32,000 nucleotides of DNA from Horticoccus luteus (GTDB taxonomy: Bacteria; Verrucomicrobiota; Verrucomicrobiia; Opitutales; Opitutaceae). Location of the stretch: NCBI RefSeq assembly GCF_019464535.1, contig NZ_CP080507.1:2580001-2612000 (forward strand). The letters are read 5' to 3'. The position numbers and the translations under genes were made by a program. Positions 29,401-32,000 of the stretch are shown here, piece by piece. The notes beneath the pieces are model-generated. The model made no database searches and had not been told where the DNA came from. It worked only from the letters and a program-made list of their open reading frames with translations. The first letter of the stretch is position 1. Every line of letters starts with the position of its first letter.

Positions 29401-30675
29401 CTTTTGCCATTGGTACGCGAGGGGCGCAGTGCCGCTGGCGCTAACGGCAAACGTGTTGGACGCGCCCACCAAAATTGTAGCGGCCTGCGGATCGGTCTGC
29501 ACCGAGGGGGCCACAGCCCCTGCCGTCACCGCGACAGTGCAAGCGGCACTCGTCGTAGAACCAGCGGCATTGCCGATGATGACATGGTACTGCCCTTCAT
29601 CCGACGTCTGCACCGAGGTGAGCACAAGCGTGGCAGTAGCGGCGGAGCCGTTGGCGCCTGCGTTGATTGGCACAAAAGTCGCACCGCCATCGGTGCTCTT
29701 TTCCCATTGGTAAATCACTGCACTACCAACAGCCGTGCTCGTGATGGAAAGCGTGTCGCCCACGGAGCCGGTCAGCGTCGCGGGAGGTTGCCCCGTCACC
29801 GCAGCGAAATACGGCGGCGACGTCAAACCAACCACATCGGTCATGGTGATCGTAGCGGCGGCGGCCGCATCATTTCGAAAATAGAACGCGAATTCGTTGA
29901 ACGTCTTCGGTGCCGTGACCGCGGTGGCCGCAGCGCTGTAGATGGCCTGATAGGACGTGCCGGCGCCGACGGCCGACGAGTCTTCAATCACGAGCCCCGC
30001 ATTGGCGTAGGAAGAGGACGTACCAAGGCTGAACGCGCCGGAAGACGTTAGGGCGACGCGGAATGTGATGTTGACGAAGGAGTCGTCAGCGAGTGTCCAC
30101 GCGCCAACGGAACCGGCCGACTTGCCCGAGCCCAGCTTGAGCGCGCTTTGATAGCCGTCGAGTAGGCCAGCAATGGTGGTTGTGCCGCCAAAGACCTCGT
30201 TGCCCCATGTGCCACCTTTGAAGTTGGCGAACAAGCCGTTGTCGTCGGCAAAATTACCCGCCGCACCGGGCGGCGTGCCGCCGTCGCTAAACAAGCCAAG
30301 TTGATTGACGCGATTGCCGGTGATGGCGTTGGTCCAACCCGCAGAACTCTTCATCTTGTAAGAGATCGTTTGGAGCGAAGTGCCAGCCGTCGGCACCTCC
30401 ATCGCGATAGGCACGAAATTGGTGGTCACGAAGACCATTCTTCCGCCTGCAGGCACGGAAAACGTGTAAGTGCCGGATCCCGGATCGAATGTCGCCGCCT
30501 GATTCTGTGTGCCGACAAGTGCGCCGGTATTGTCGTAGGCGGTCCACCGCAATTGGGCATGGAGCGGCGAAACTAAAACGCCCAGCGCCACCAAGAAAGT
30601 CGCAGTCACGAGCGCGCGAAAAAGTATAGCCGATACGGACATACACACGACGGATGAATATCTGGAGAGACTCAT
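17467..30675 (-). CDS. Giant secreted multi-catalytic pectin-degrading protein (CE8 + PL9-like + PL1 modules on an Ig/FN3 scaffold), about 4,400 aa
   Basis: A single uninterrupted frame. The track start at 30774 is TTG. I prefer the ATG at 30675 or 30642, giving MSLSRYSSVVCMSVSAILFRALVTATFLVALGVLVSPLHA|QL as the signal peptide. The domain map is listed as separate features below. The C-terminus (...LLEIYDVNP) has no TM segment, LPXTG, PEP-CTERM or GlyGly-CTERM. Confidence 0.9.
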   Translation of the reverse strand: MSLSRYSSVVCMSVSAILFRALVTATFLVALGVLVSPLHAQLRWTAYDNTGALVGTQNQAATFDPGSGTYTFSVPAGGRMVFVTTNFVPIAMEVPTAGTSLQTISYKMKSSAGWTNAITGNRVNQLGLFSDGGTPPGAAGNFADDNGLFANFKGGTWGNEVFGGTTTIAGLLDGYQSALKLGSGKSAGSVGAWTLADDSFVNITFRVALTSSGAFSLGTSSSYANAGLVIEDSSAVGAGTSYQAIYSAAATAVTAPKTFNEFAFYFRNDAAAAATITMTDVVGLTSPPYFAAVTGQPPATLTGSVGDTLSITSTAVGSAVIYQWEKSTDGGATFVPINAGANGSAATATLVLTSVQTSDEGQYHVIIGNAAGSTTSAACTVAVTAGAVAPSVQTDPQAATILVGASNTFAVSASGTAPLAYQWQKSVDAGAHWADLTNAVDATLVVGPAQLSDAGSYRVTVTNSVGAATSAAAELTVNQVPSFTLQPVGGNLQAGQSLTLTAAATVGTPVPTYQWKLNNVVLNGATSASYTIASATGAATGNYTVVATNAAGSATSATAAVNVLSTALATTNTAPANNASAVFPDQPLTITFNAPITAGVSGSLKIFDSANPSTPVDTISFDAAAARVANASILALPVQTKTVGGQTGLRYYPVTIDGNTLTVYPRDGTLTYGKTYYVTIDAGTIVDASGATFVGFSDNTTWRFSTKAAAPDAGSTRLTVAHDGSGDFYTVQGALDFIPANNTTPTTIYIKNGIYYEIVSWTAKSNITFLGQSRDGVVIGYPNNNNFNPTGTAWRAAFTCRGGNSTGMVITNLTIKNFTPKTGSQAEALYLSGSATALQAVITHVNLSSYQDTLLINGQAYISDSYIEGDTDFMWGNGPVYFTNCELKALSIQSYYTQIRNPATNHGFVYVDCKFSSADADSQNPANPVSGCYLGRLDQNANPHTEVVLINSTEGDHILPVAWNLNGQTVSGAAATNCVEFNPRKISDNSPVDVSQRAAWSYQWTSPANDAQVANYNDPVWVLNTSLAGDVMSAWTPALAPLVLSAPVSVTTQAGGGATFGVTVAALPAATYQWNKDGSPIDGATAATLSIGSPTSADGGSYTVTATNSHGSVTSAAAVLTVMPAGTPPDVPQTLGSTNVTGTGFTANWAAVSEATGYRLDVSTSSDFSSFVAGYNDLDVGTNLSRAISGLTAGTNYYYRVRAINAAGTSASSTAATIATSAAAADIVIVNTGATADRTYSLGGTAYTQNFDTLPSSGTFAWVNDSTLPGWHAVPTTGSLNATGVTNDGSSNLADLTLGSIGTAGNADRALAYHTRLNTAPTYLGLAFTNQSGRVLDSFTLTYTPEQWRENTTGRDMTFTVEYRIGATSTDLNATSGWTTLSDLAFTSASGSVGKTATLTSGPVAVTVADGATIWFRWKTANSATSSTTSNDTIAIDNVSVSMTAVADGSPVITTQPAAQTVDLGSAVTFTVAASGDAPFTYQWSKDGSPLSGETSAALTIASAQDTSAGDYTVVVTNGKGSVTSAPATLTISTVVNAPQVVTQPQSQTVDSGATVTFTITATGTAPLSYQWRKNGTAIADEISDTLTLNNVQPADAGAYTVVVSNSAGSDTSAVASLDLTGVVTPPVVLAQSGSQSVVIGGAVSFSVTAGGSAPFTYQWRKDNADIPDATAPTLTLTNVQLTAAGNYTVVVTNAASSVTSDPVALTVTEPPAVGEGSIFVAPDGLVDNPGTFAQPTTLANAIALVPAGGTIFVRGGTYAMSTELRIERGNNGTDGALKNLVAYVPPGGTAETPVFDFSSQPYGNPSTVSNPRGVWLGGDYWHLKGLEIKNAADNGVYVVGNHNIVELCRLHGNRDTGLQIGRYSSSAPRSEWPTYNLILNCESYDNCDVAPGSGENADGFACKLTAGAGNVFRGCISHNNIDDGWDLYTKSETGPIDPVVLDQCISYNNGTLTDGTQNAAGDRNGFKLGGEKIAVAHYVSRCISFNNGKNGFTWNSNPGAIVLVNNLAWDNVEGNFKFDSGEATFYNNISLWTTSSGPGNRNGVNDRYVGNSGVPTGASNIFWFVGSSSRGPSINDASLTAYKTAFVTLTVPVGGFARNADGSIALGDFARPVANSPLLNAGVLPPGDVIGQFPFATAGYYEDAPDIGAVETYLHTPPVIVTAPQGQSVITGAAVTLSVSVQGTAPFTYQWSKDGSAIGGATNSSFALAAAQVADSGSYTITITNSAGHTTSDAVTVTVGAATGPSVTTQPAAQSVYVGGSATFSVVVSGTAPFTFQWKKDGSPISGATGGAYTVANAQSSDAGGYTVVVTNSIDSVTSDVATLTVTDSPEAPVAAAATAVSNTGFVASWSAVSGGTSYRLDVSSSSNFDTFVSGYQDLAVGSDLSRALTGLSSGTAYYYRVRAVHAAGTSGSSNVISVVTAGAATTTLDASQLTWFKTRTADTLTTGVNSITFNEGQASASSFVTYLPNAINLAVGQKLTLTLVFQMGSNVAVAPNALRFGLFNANGTRVTASANTETNSVVTDDMGYVASYNIDSGAGKLLARIPGSTNTTLMGSTGATLYTDLVAANPSGTTAAFTASTTYTLTYVVARLSESSELTATLTGGGLSNYVLTGTDTTTDSRANGTYDQLAVRIAGGSNSFNALTITGLSYSIEAAGPSAPSIDTQPASVAGALGGSAAFTVVASGTNPLTYQWQKDNVAISGATSATLALTNLTSGDAGSYTVVVTNDLGSATSAAAVLTVTVATPPVFTTQPQSTSVTEGANVTFTAAATGTDPLTYQWKKNGSAISGATSATLTLSTVQLADAGDYVLTATNSASVVDSAVATLTVQVAPPQMPVITAQPLAQTVAAGTNATFTVTATGTAPLTYQWKKDGNTLAGATTSSLTVSNVQAGDTGNYAVTVSNAAGSVISDAVALNLASALPVTEFNLTGFATVGSGTTGGGVIPESDPAYRKVTTAQEFVQAISDSNKTAGKVKVIEIMNDLNLGWIEVGATVQGLPSNPLRSHATPKLHPALIASGVSVLDIKAKSPLTIFSATGVTIKHVNFNVKGTSNIIIRNLKFDEMWEWDEASKGNYDSNDWDFITVSNGGDVSNIWIDHCTFTKAYDGIVDLKAGTTNATLSWCKYIGDDEATNPNSPVRVQLAALEAKRSSYPFYNFLRTNGYSVDDIATIIQGHDKGHLMGSNSLKAENDSLTATFHHQWFKNVWDRVVPRLRGGNVHDYNIYVDDVELLAAKRLRDARAASLSSALLNTLNNTYSFNPPINGTISTENGSILVEKSIYADCLWPLRNNQTDPSSAIYTGKIKALDSIYSFHAPDGTLTTVRGNSTDANNPMGPFQAPVIPFVWDLPNNQLPYDYTMDDPAQLPAILAAGSGAGTLTWSKDNWLKTAYTVDTSGAPTITAQPQSQTVATGADATFTVQVTSGTTATYQWKKDGTALSDSAHISGSTTAVLTISATTLADIGTYSVVVANTGGNITSNGAALTVIAATAPSITTQPQSQSVAIGSDVEFAVVAAGTGPFTYQWKHDGADVVGATGPILDLANVQAGDAGNYTVVVTNTVSAITSSAAVLTVNLPPAAPVASAATSVTVAGFTAHWNSAPTATGYRLDVSTNDSFTNLVAGYADLDVGAALNASVTGLSASTTYYYRIRATNAAGTSGASATITVVTSDVPPTPVTPTLTWATPAAIGYGTALSATQLNATADVAGAFVYTPASGAVLAAGSQTLSVTFTPTDLVHYTNATATVSLTVNKATPAITWSAPAAITAGTALGATQLNASANVAGAFVYTPPAGTVLGAGVGQTLSVAFTPTDSANYKNATATTTLTVNPLIIAPAIATAPVGQSVSVGDAASFSVVASGTGPFTYQWRKDGVAIAGATSATLAFTSTAVTDAGSYSVVVTNAAGSVTSDSVSLTATVPSFTGIYFGQFTAGGDWALSVNADNTGVFIANLPQRQSVIVLDVTLAADGSFTVTGSEIRATGTATPTVAIAGTHAPQALVSGQFTLTGHVVHQSVVGQLEGLDETFSGAADPSTGAAQGVAGYYAAAALGTSDGGVYTVIGASGQALVVTTTPGSVGGGTGTIDANGQLTVATANSSAITVSVAPESESVTASVLPVGATTPISFAGLSGSAISTSRIVNLSVRSGAGKLDQTLIMGFVVAGSGSQDVLVRGIGPGLVPYGVPAATVLADPQIRLFDNGSATQIAENDDWGGTAPLVVKTAEVGAFVIPSNSKDAVLLAPLTAGAYSGHITTTGTAAGLALLEVYDATLVGDAHFVNVSVRSEAKTGDGILIAGFVITGNAPKKLLIRGVGPSLVTYGVSASSVLQDPMLTVYQGSTVVATNDNWGGTTALKDVAQSVGAFALDSDTTKDAAAVVTLQPGVYTVHVAGVNNTSGVALLEIYDVNP
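17470..18280 (-). repeat. Giant protein: C-terminal tandem duplication of a ~130-aa unassigned module
   Basis: Unit 1: RIVNLSVRSGAGKLDQTLIMGFVVAGSGSQDVLVRGIGPGLVPYGVPAATVLADPQIRLFDNGSATQIAENDDWGG...AGLALLEVYD. Unit 2: HFVNVSVRSEAKTGDGILIAGFVITGNAPKKLLIRGVGPSLVTYGVSASSVLQDPMLTVYQGSTVVATNDNWGG...SGVALLEIYD. The two units are colinear. Confidence 0.7.
18285..18930 (-). other. Giant protein: unassigned module X3
   Basis: GIYFGQFTAGGDWALSVNADNTGVFIANLPQRQSVIVLDVTLAADGSFTV...GQFTLTGHVVHQSVVGQLEGLDETFSG... I recognise no motif. Confidence 0.35.
18935..19185 (-). repeat. Giant protein: Ig-like domain 15
   Basis: Core: FTYQWRKDGVAI...DAGSYSVVVTNAAGSVTS. Confidence 0.75.
19190..19665 (-). repeat. Giant protein: two tandem ~78-aa beta-sandwich repeats
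   Basis: First unit: LTWATPAAIGYGTALSATQLNATADVAGAFVYTPASGAVLAAGSQTLSVTFTPTDLVHYTNATATVSLTVN. Second unit: ITWSAPAAITAGTALGATQLNASANVAGAFVYTPPAGTVLGAGVGQTLSVAFTPTDSANYKNATATTTLTVN. Confidence 0.7.
19680..19950 (-). repeat. Giant protein: FN3 domain 3
   Basis: VTVAGFTAHWNSAPTATGYRLDVSTNDSFTNLVAGYADLDVGAALNASVTGLSASTTYYYRIRATNAAGTSGAS. Confidence 0.75.
19955..20490 (-). repeat. Giant protein: Ig-like array 5 (2 domains)
   Basis: Cores: ATYQWKKDGTAL, FTYQWKHDGADV. Confidence 0.75.
20500..21905 (-). other. Giant protein: PL1 pectate lyase module
   Basis: FATVGSGTTGGG, IIIRNLKF, NIWIDHCTF, YDGIVDLK, HDKGHLMGSN and TFHHQWFKNVWDRVVPRLRGGNVHDYNIYV correspond to the PL1 motifs vWiDH, DG..D and R.P..R.G..H..NN. 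Confidence 0.8.
21915..22690 (-). repeat. Giant protein: Ig-like array 4 (3 domains)
   Basis: Cores: LTYQWQKDNVAI, LTYQWKKNGSAI, LTYQWKKDGNTL. Confidence 0.75.
22705..23405 (-). other. Giant protein: unassigned module X2 (lectin/CBM-like?)
   Basis: LTWFKTRTADTLTTGVNSITFNEGQ...LTLTLVFQMGSN...NALRFGLFNANGTRV...YDQLAVRIAGGSNSFNALTITGLSYSIE. The composition and layout are similar to X0. Confidence 0.4.
23415..23685 (-). repeat. Giant protein: FN3 domain 2
   Basis: VSNTGFVASWSAVSGGTSYRLDVSSSSNFDTFVSGYQDLAVGSDLSRALTGLSSGTAYYYRVRAVHAAGTSGSS. Confidence 0.75.
23690..24205 (-). repeat. Giant protein: Ig-like array 3 (2 domains)
   Basis: Cores: FTYQWSKDGSAI, FTFQWKKDGSPI. Confidence 0.75.
24215..25530 (-). 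other. Giant protein: PL9-like right-handed beta-helix pectate lyase module
   Basis: IFVAPDGLVDNPGTFAQPTTLANAI...GGTIFVRGGTY is followed by parallel beta-helix turns containing GENADGF, NIDDGWDL, NGFKLGG and GKNGFTWNSN. These motifs are as I recall for PelL/Pel9A-type (PL9) lyases. Confidence 0.6.
25560..26335 (-). repeat. Giant protein: Ig-like array 2 (3 domains)
   Basis: Cores: FTYQWSKDGSPL, LSYQWRKNGTAI, FTYQWRKDNADI. Confidence 0.75.
26345..26995 (-). other. Giant protein: unassigned module X1
   Basis: YTQNFDTLPSSGTFAWVNDSTLPGWHAV...GNADRALAYHT...FTLTYTPEQWRENTTGRDMTFTVEYRIG...WFRWKTANS...NDTIAIDNVSV. It is beta-rich with no catalytic motif that I recognise. Confidence 0.4.
27010..27300 (-). 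repeat. Giant protein: FN3 domain 1
   Basis: VTGTGFTANWAAVSEATGYRLDVSTSSDFSSFVAGYNDLDVGTNLSRAISGLTAGTNYYYRVRAINAAGTSASS. Two further copies are at about 23415-23685 and 19680-19950. Confidence 0.75.
27310..27545 (-). repeat. Giant protein: Ig-like domain 4
   Basis: VSVTTQAGGGATFGVTVAALPAATYQWNKDGSPIDG...ADGGSYTVTATNSHGSVTSAAAVLTV. Confidence 0.75.
27504..27514 (-). repeat. Homopolymeric G tract (C tract on the plus strand) inside the giant CDS
   Basis: I count 10-11 consecutive C by eye. The continuous translation ...TTQAGGGATFGV... and the alternative-frame ORF 27149-27616 (...RYDAGGGGGNLW...) both require 11. It encodes the Gly run at the start of the Ig domain after CE8. Confidence 0.8.
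27775..28530 (-). other. Giant protein: CE8 pectin methylesterase module
   Basis: LTVAHDGSGDFYTVQGALDFIP, QAEALYL, SYQDTLLI, IEGDTDFMWG and CYLGRLD correspond to the CE8 motifs QAVAL, QDTL, DFIFG and LGRPW. The Trp of LGRPW is not conserved. Confidence 0.8.
28555..28975 (-). other. Giant protein: bacterial Ig-like (SbsA/Big_5-like) module preceding CE8
   Basis: APANNASAVFPDQPLTITFNAPI...GSLKIFDS...YYPVTIDGNTLTVYP...GKTYYVTIDAGTIVD...TWRFST has the pattern typical of SbsA-type Ig-like domains. Confidence 0.5.
28985..29800 (-). repeat. Giant protein: Ig-like array 1 (3 domains)
   Basis: Three ~88-aa units, each with a [AVT]xYQW[EQK]K core and a C-terminal D[AE]G.Y.V.V.N..G..TS strand pattern (I-set-like). 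Confidence 0.75.
29805..30555 (-). other. Giant protein: N-terminal unassigned beta-rich module (X0)
   Basis: About 250 aa after the signal peptide (LRWTAYDNTG...NRVNQLGLFSDGG...FAFYFRNDAAAAATITMTDVVGL). I recognise no catalytic motif. It resembles module X2 (NALRFGLFNANG...) in composition and layout. Confidence 0.4.
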
Positions 30676-30935
30676 AAGAAAGGGGCCGACTGTCGGGAAA
30701 CCTGATGAGGTTCGACGAGAGACAAAGAAGCTGGGAAAGACGCAGGGACTAAGGGGGCGAACACGTGAATCCAACGAACAAGTCCGTTAAACAACAAGGC
30801 GCGCGCCGTGCGCATCGTTGACCAGACGGGGTACGGAGCCGATCAAGTGTGCGACGCTCGTTTGATTATTCCAATGAACGAAATTCAAACGCTCGACCAA
30901 TGACGTTCAGATCGATTTTCACAGGAGACTTCACG
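30676..30935. promoter_or_regulatory. Upstream region of the giant gene (promoter expected)
   Basis: About 260 nt between the preferred start of the giant gene and the stop of the upstream TPR gene. It is less GC-rich (TTTGATTATTCCAATGAACGAAATTCAAACG) and has an inverted repeat TGAACG...CGTTCA around 30885-30910. No consensus can be assigned. Confidence 0.3.
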
Positions 30936-32000
30936 TCAGCGGCCAGAAGCAGCGCCGGCTTGCCGAAGACGAGCGGCAGCCAAACTCTGCGCGGCACGGG
31001 GATGCTCAGGTTCGAGAGCAAGTACGCTTTCGTACTCATGTACGGCGTCGTCATACCTTCCCAATAGGGCATACGTATTCCCAAGATTGTAGTGAGCGGG
31101 GACCATCGAAGAGTCGATCTTCGTGGCAGTTGCGTATTCCACGGCGGCATCGGGCAGTCGCCCCGCCTGCGCCAACGCGTTTGCGAGATTATAATGCGCC
31201 ATAGCCGAGCGCGGATCCTCTTTGACCGCCAGTCTCATTTCGTTCTGTGCCTCGTCCCACCGGCCTTGCGTCGCAACCAGGAAACCAAGGTTGAACCGAG
31301 CCTCCATCAATCCCGGAGCGGCCTTGATCGCTGCACGCAAATGCGCTTCCGCCGCGAAAGGGTCGTTCAATTGCATCTCCAACGTTCCAAGGCGTAGAAG
31401 CGTGGTCGGTTCGTCGGGGGTAAGATGCAGTGCCGCGAGATAGTGGCTCCGTGCCTCTTCCGCCCTACCCGCTTCGGCGAGGACGTTGCCCAAGTTGTAA
31501 TGCGCTCCCGCATAATTGGGATTGATTGCTAAAGCTCGAGAAAAGGCCGCAATTGCCTCTGGACTCCGTCCGCGCTTATGGAATGCAACTCCGAGGTTGT
31601 TTAGAGACTCGACGTAAAGCGGATCGACGCTCAAGCCAGCTTGATAGGCGATGATCGCTTCATCGATCATTCCCTCATCTGAGAGTGCGTTTCCCAAAGC
31701 ATCATAGCCTCTAGGGTTTTGCGGACATTTGGCGATGTTGTCGCGCCACAAGATCAGCGTGGACCGATAGTCGTCGTTGCGAGCCCGCGTGAGACCTATG
31801 CAAGCCATTGATACCAGCATCCAAAGCAGAAACGTGCGCCGCCCAAAAAGCCGATACAAGCAAGCGACCGTGACAACAATTACGGCGGCTAAAGAAAGGT
31901 ACATCCGATGTTCCGCCATGCTCTGAGTGACGACTGGCATCACACTCGAACTAGGAGCAAGAATGGCGAAAAACCAAAAACCGACAAAACCGAACGCGCT
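30936..32000 (-). CDS. Membrane-anchored TPR-repeat protein, C-terminal part (gene continues past the right edge)
   Basis: About eight TPR-like units (AHYNLGNVLAEAGRAEEA, AHYNLANALAQAGRLPDA, AHYNLGNTYALLGRYDDA, etc.). The frame stays open upstream of the track Met at 31943 to the window edge (SAFGFVGFWFFAILAPSSSVMPVVTQSMAEHRMYLSLAAV). That region looks like the last TM helices of TMTC/DUF1736-type membrane TPR proteins. Confidence 0.75.
   Translation of the reverse strand, partial: SAFGFVGFWFFAILAPSSSVMPVVTQSMAEHRMYLSLAAVIVVTVACLYRLFGRRTFLLWMLVSMACIGLTRARNDDYRSTLILWRDNIAKCPQNPRGYDALGNALSDEGMIDEAIIAYQAGLSVDPLYVESLNNLGVAFHKRGRSPEAIAAFSRALAINPNYAGAHYNLGNVLAEAGRAEEARSHYLAALHLTPDEPTTLLRLGTLEMQLNDPFAAEAHLRAAIKAAPGLMEARFNLGFLVATQGRWDEAQNEMRLAVKEDPRSAMAHYNLANALAQAGRLPDAAVEYATATKIDSSMVPAHYNLGNTYALLGRYDDAVHEYESVLALEPEHPRAAQSLAAARLRQAGAASGR

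Noticed and set aside
30676-30774. ORF-track N-terminal extensions: giant gene TTG at 30774, SDR 4580, GH28 8962, PL10 12456, GH105-GH28 16532, rhombosortase 16563.
   Set aside because: The extensions are Arg/Pro/Gly-rich, precede obvious signal peptides or conserved N-termini, and mostly overlap the upstream gene. Internal ATGs give clean signal peptides and tight operon junctions.
30849-31150. Small ORFs 30849-31067 (+) and 30866-31150 (-) near the giant gene's upstream region.
   Set aside because: They overlap the 3' end of the well-supported TPR gene in other frames and have no recognisable features.
1-32000. Search for mobile elements, CRISPR arrays, tRNA or rRNA genes, and defence or toxin-antitoxin modules.
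   Set aside because: No transposase or integrase motifs, no short regularly spaced direct repeats and no cloverleaf-like candidates were seen by eye in the short intergenic regions. All sizeable ORFs are accounted for by carbohydrate-utilisation functions.

Overview
High-GC bacterial chromosomal segment that reads as a pectin/hexuronate utilisation locus. The protein style suggests Verrucomicrobiota/Opitutales, but that is inference only. Left to right: (1) 5' fragment of a TonB-dependent receptor (minus strand, runs off the left edge), divergent from a LacI-family regulator. (2) A tightly packed nine-gene minus-strand operon (16394 down to 1824): GH105-GH28 fusion, MFS/ExuT-like transporter, PL10 pectate lyase, CE8-SGNH(CE12-like)-alpha/beta-hydrolase triple esterase, GH28 polygalacturonase, second ExuT-like MFS transporter, GH43, SDR oxidoreductase, UxaE-like tagaturonate/fructuronate epimerase. 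(3) A plus-strand rhombosortase-like rhomboid protease. (4) A roughly 13.2 kb minus-strand gene for a ~4,400-aa secreted protein carrying three pectin-active catalytic modules (CE8 methylesterase, PL9-like beta-helix lyase, PL1 pectate lyase). These are spaced by 15 Ig-like 'YQWxKDG' domains, three FN3 domains, several unassigned beta-rich modules and a tandem C-terminal module. (5) The 3' part of a lower-GC membrane/TPR protein gene running off the right edge. I saw no rRNA, tRNA, CRISPR array, transposase or integrase. The most notable items are the tri-catalytic giant protein and its three-fold super-repeat architecture, a roughly 11-nt poly-G tract inside its coding sequence, the adjacent rhombosortase with no visible substrate, and two unusual multi-enzyme fusions in the operon. 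Domain boundaries inside genes are approximate (about +/-30 nt). All family calls come from motif recognition by eye, not from database searches.
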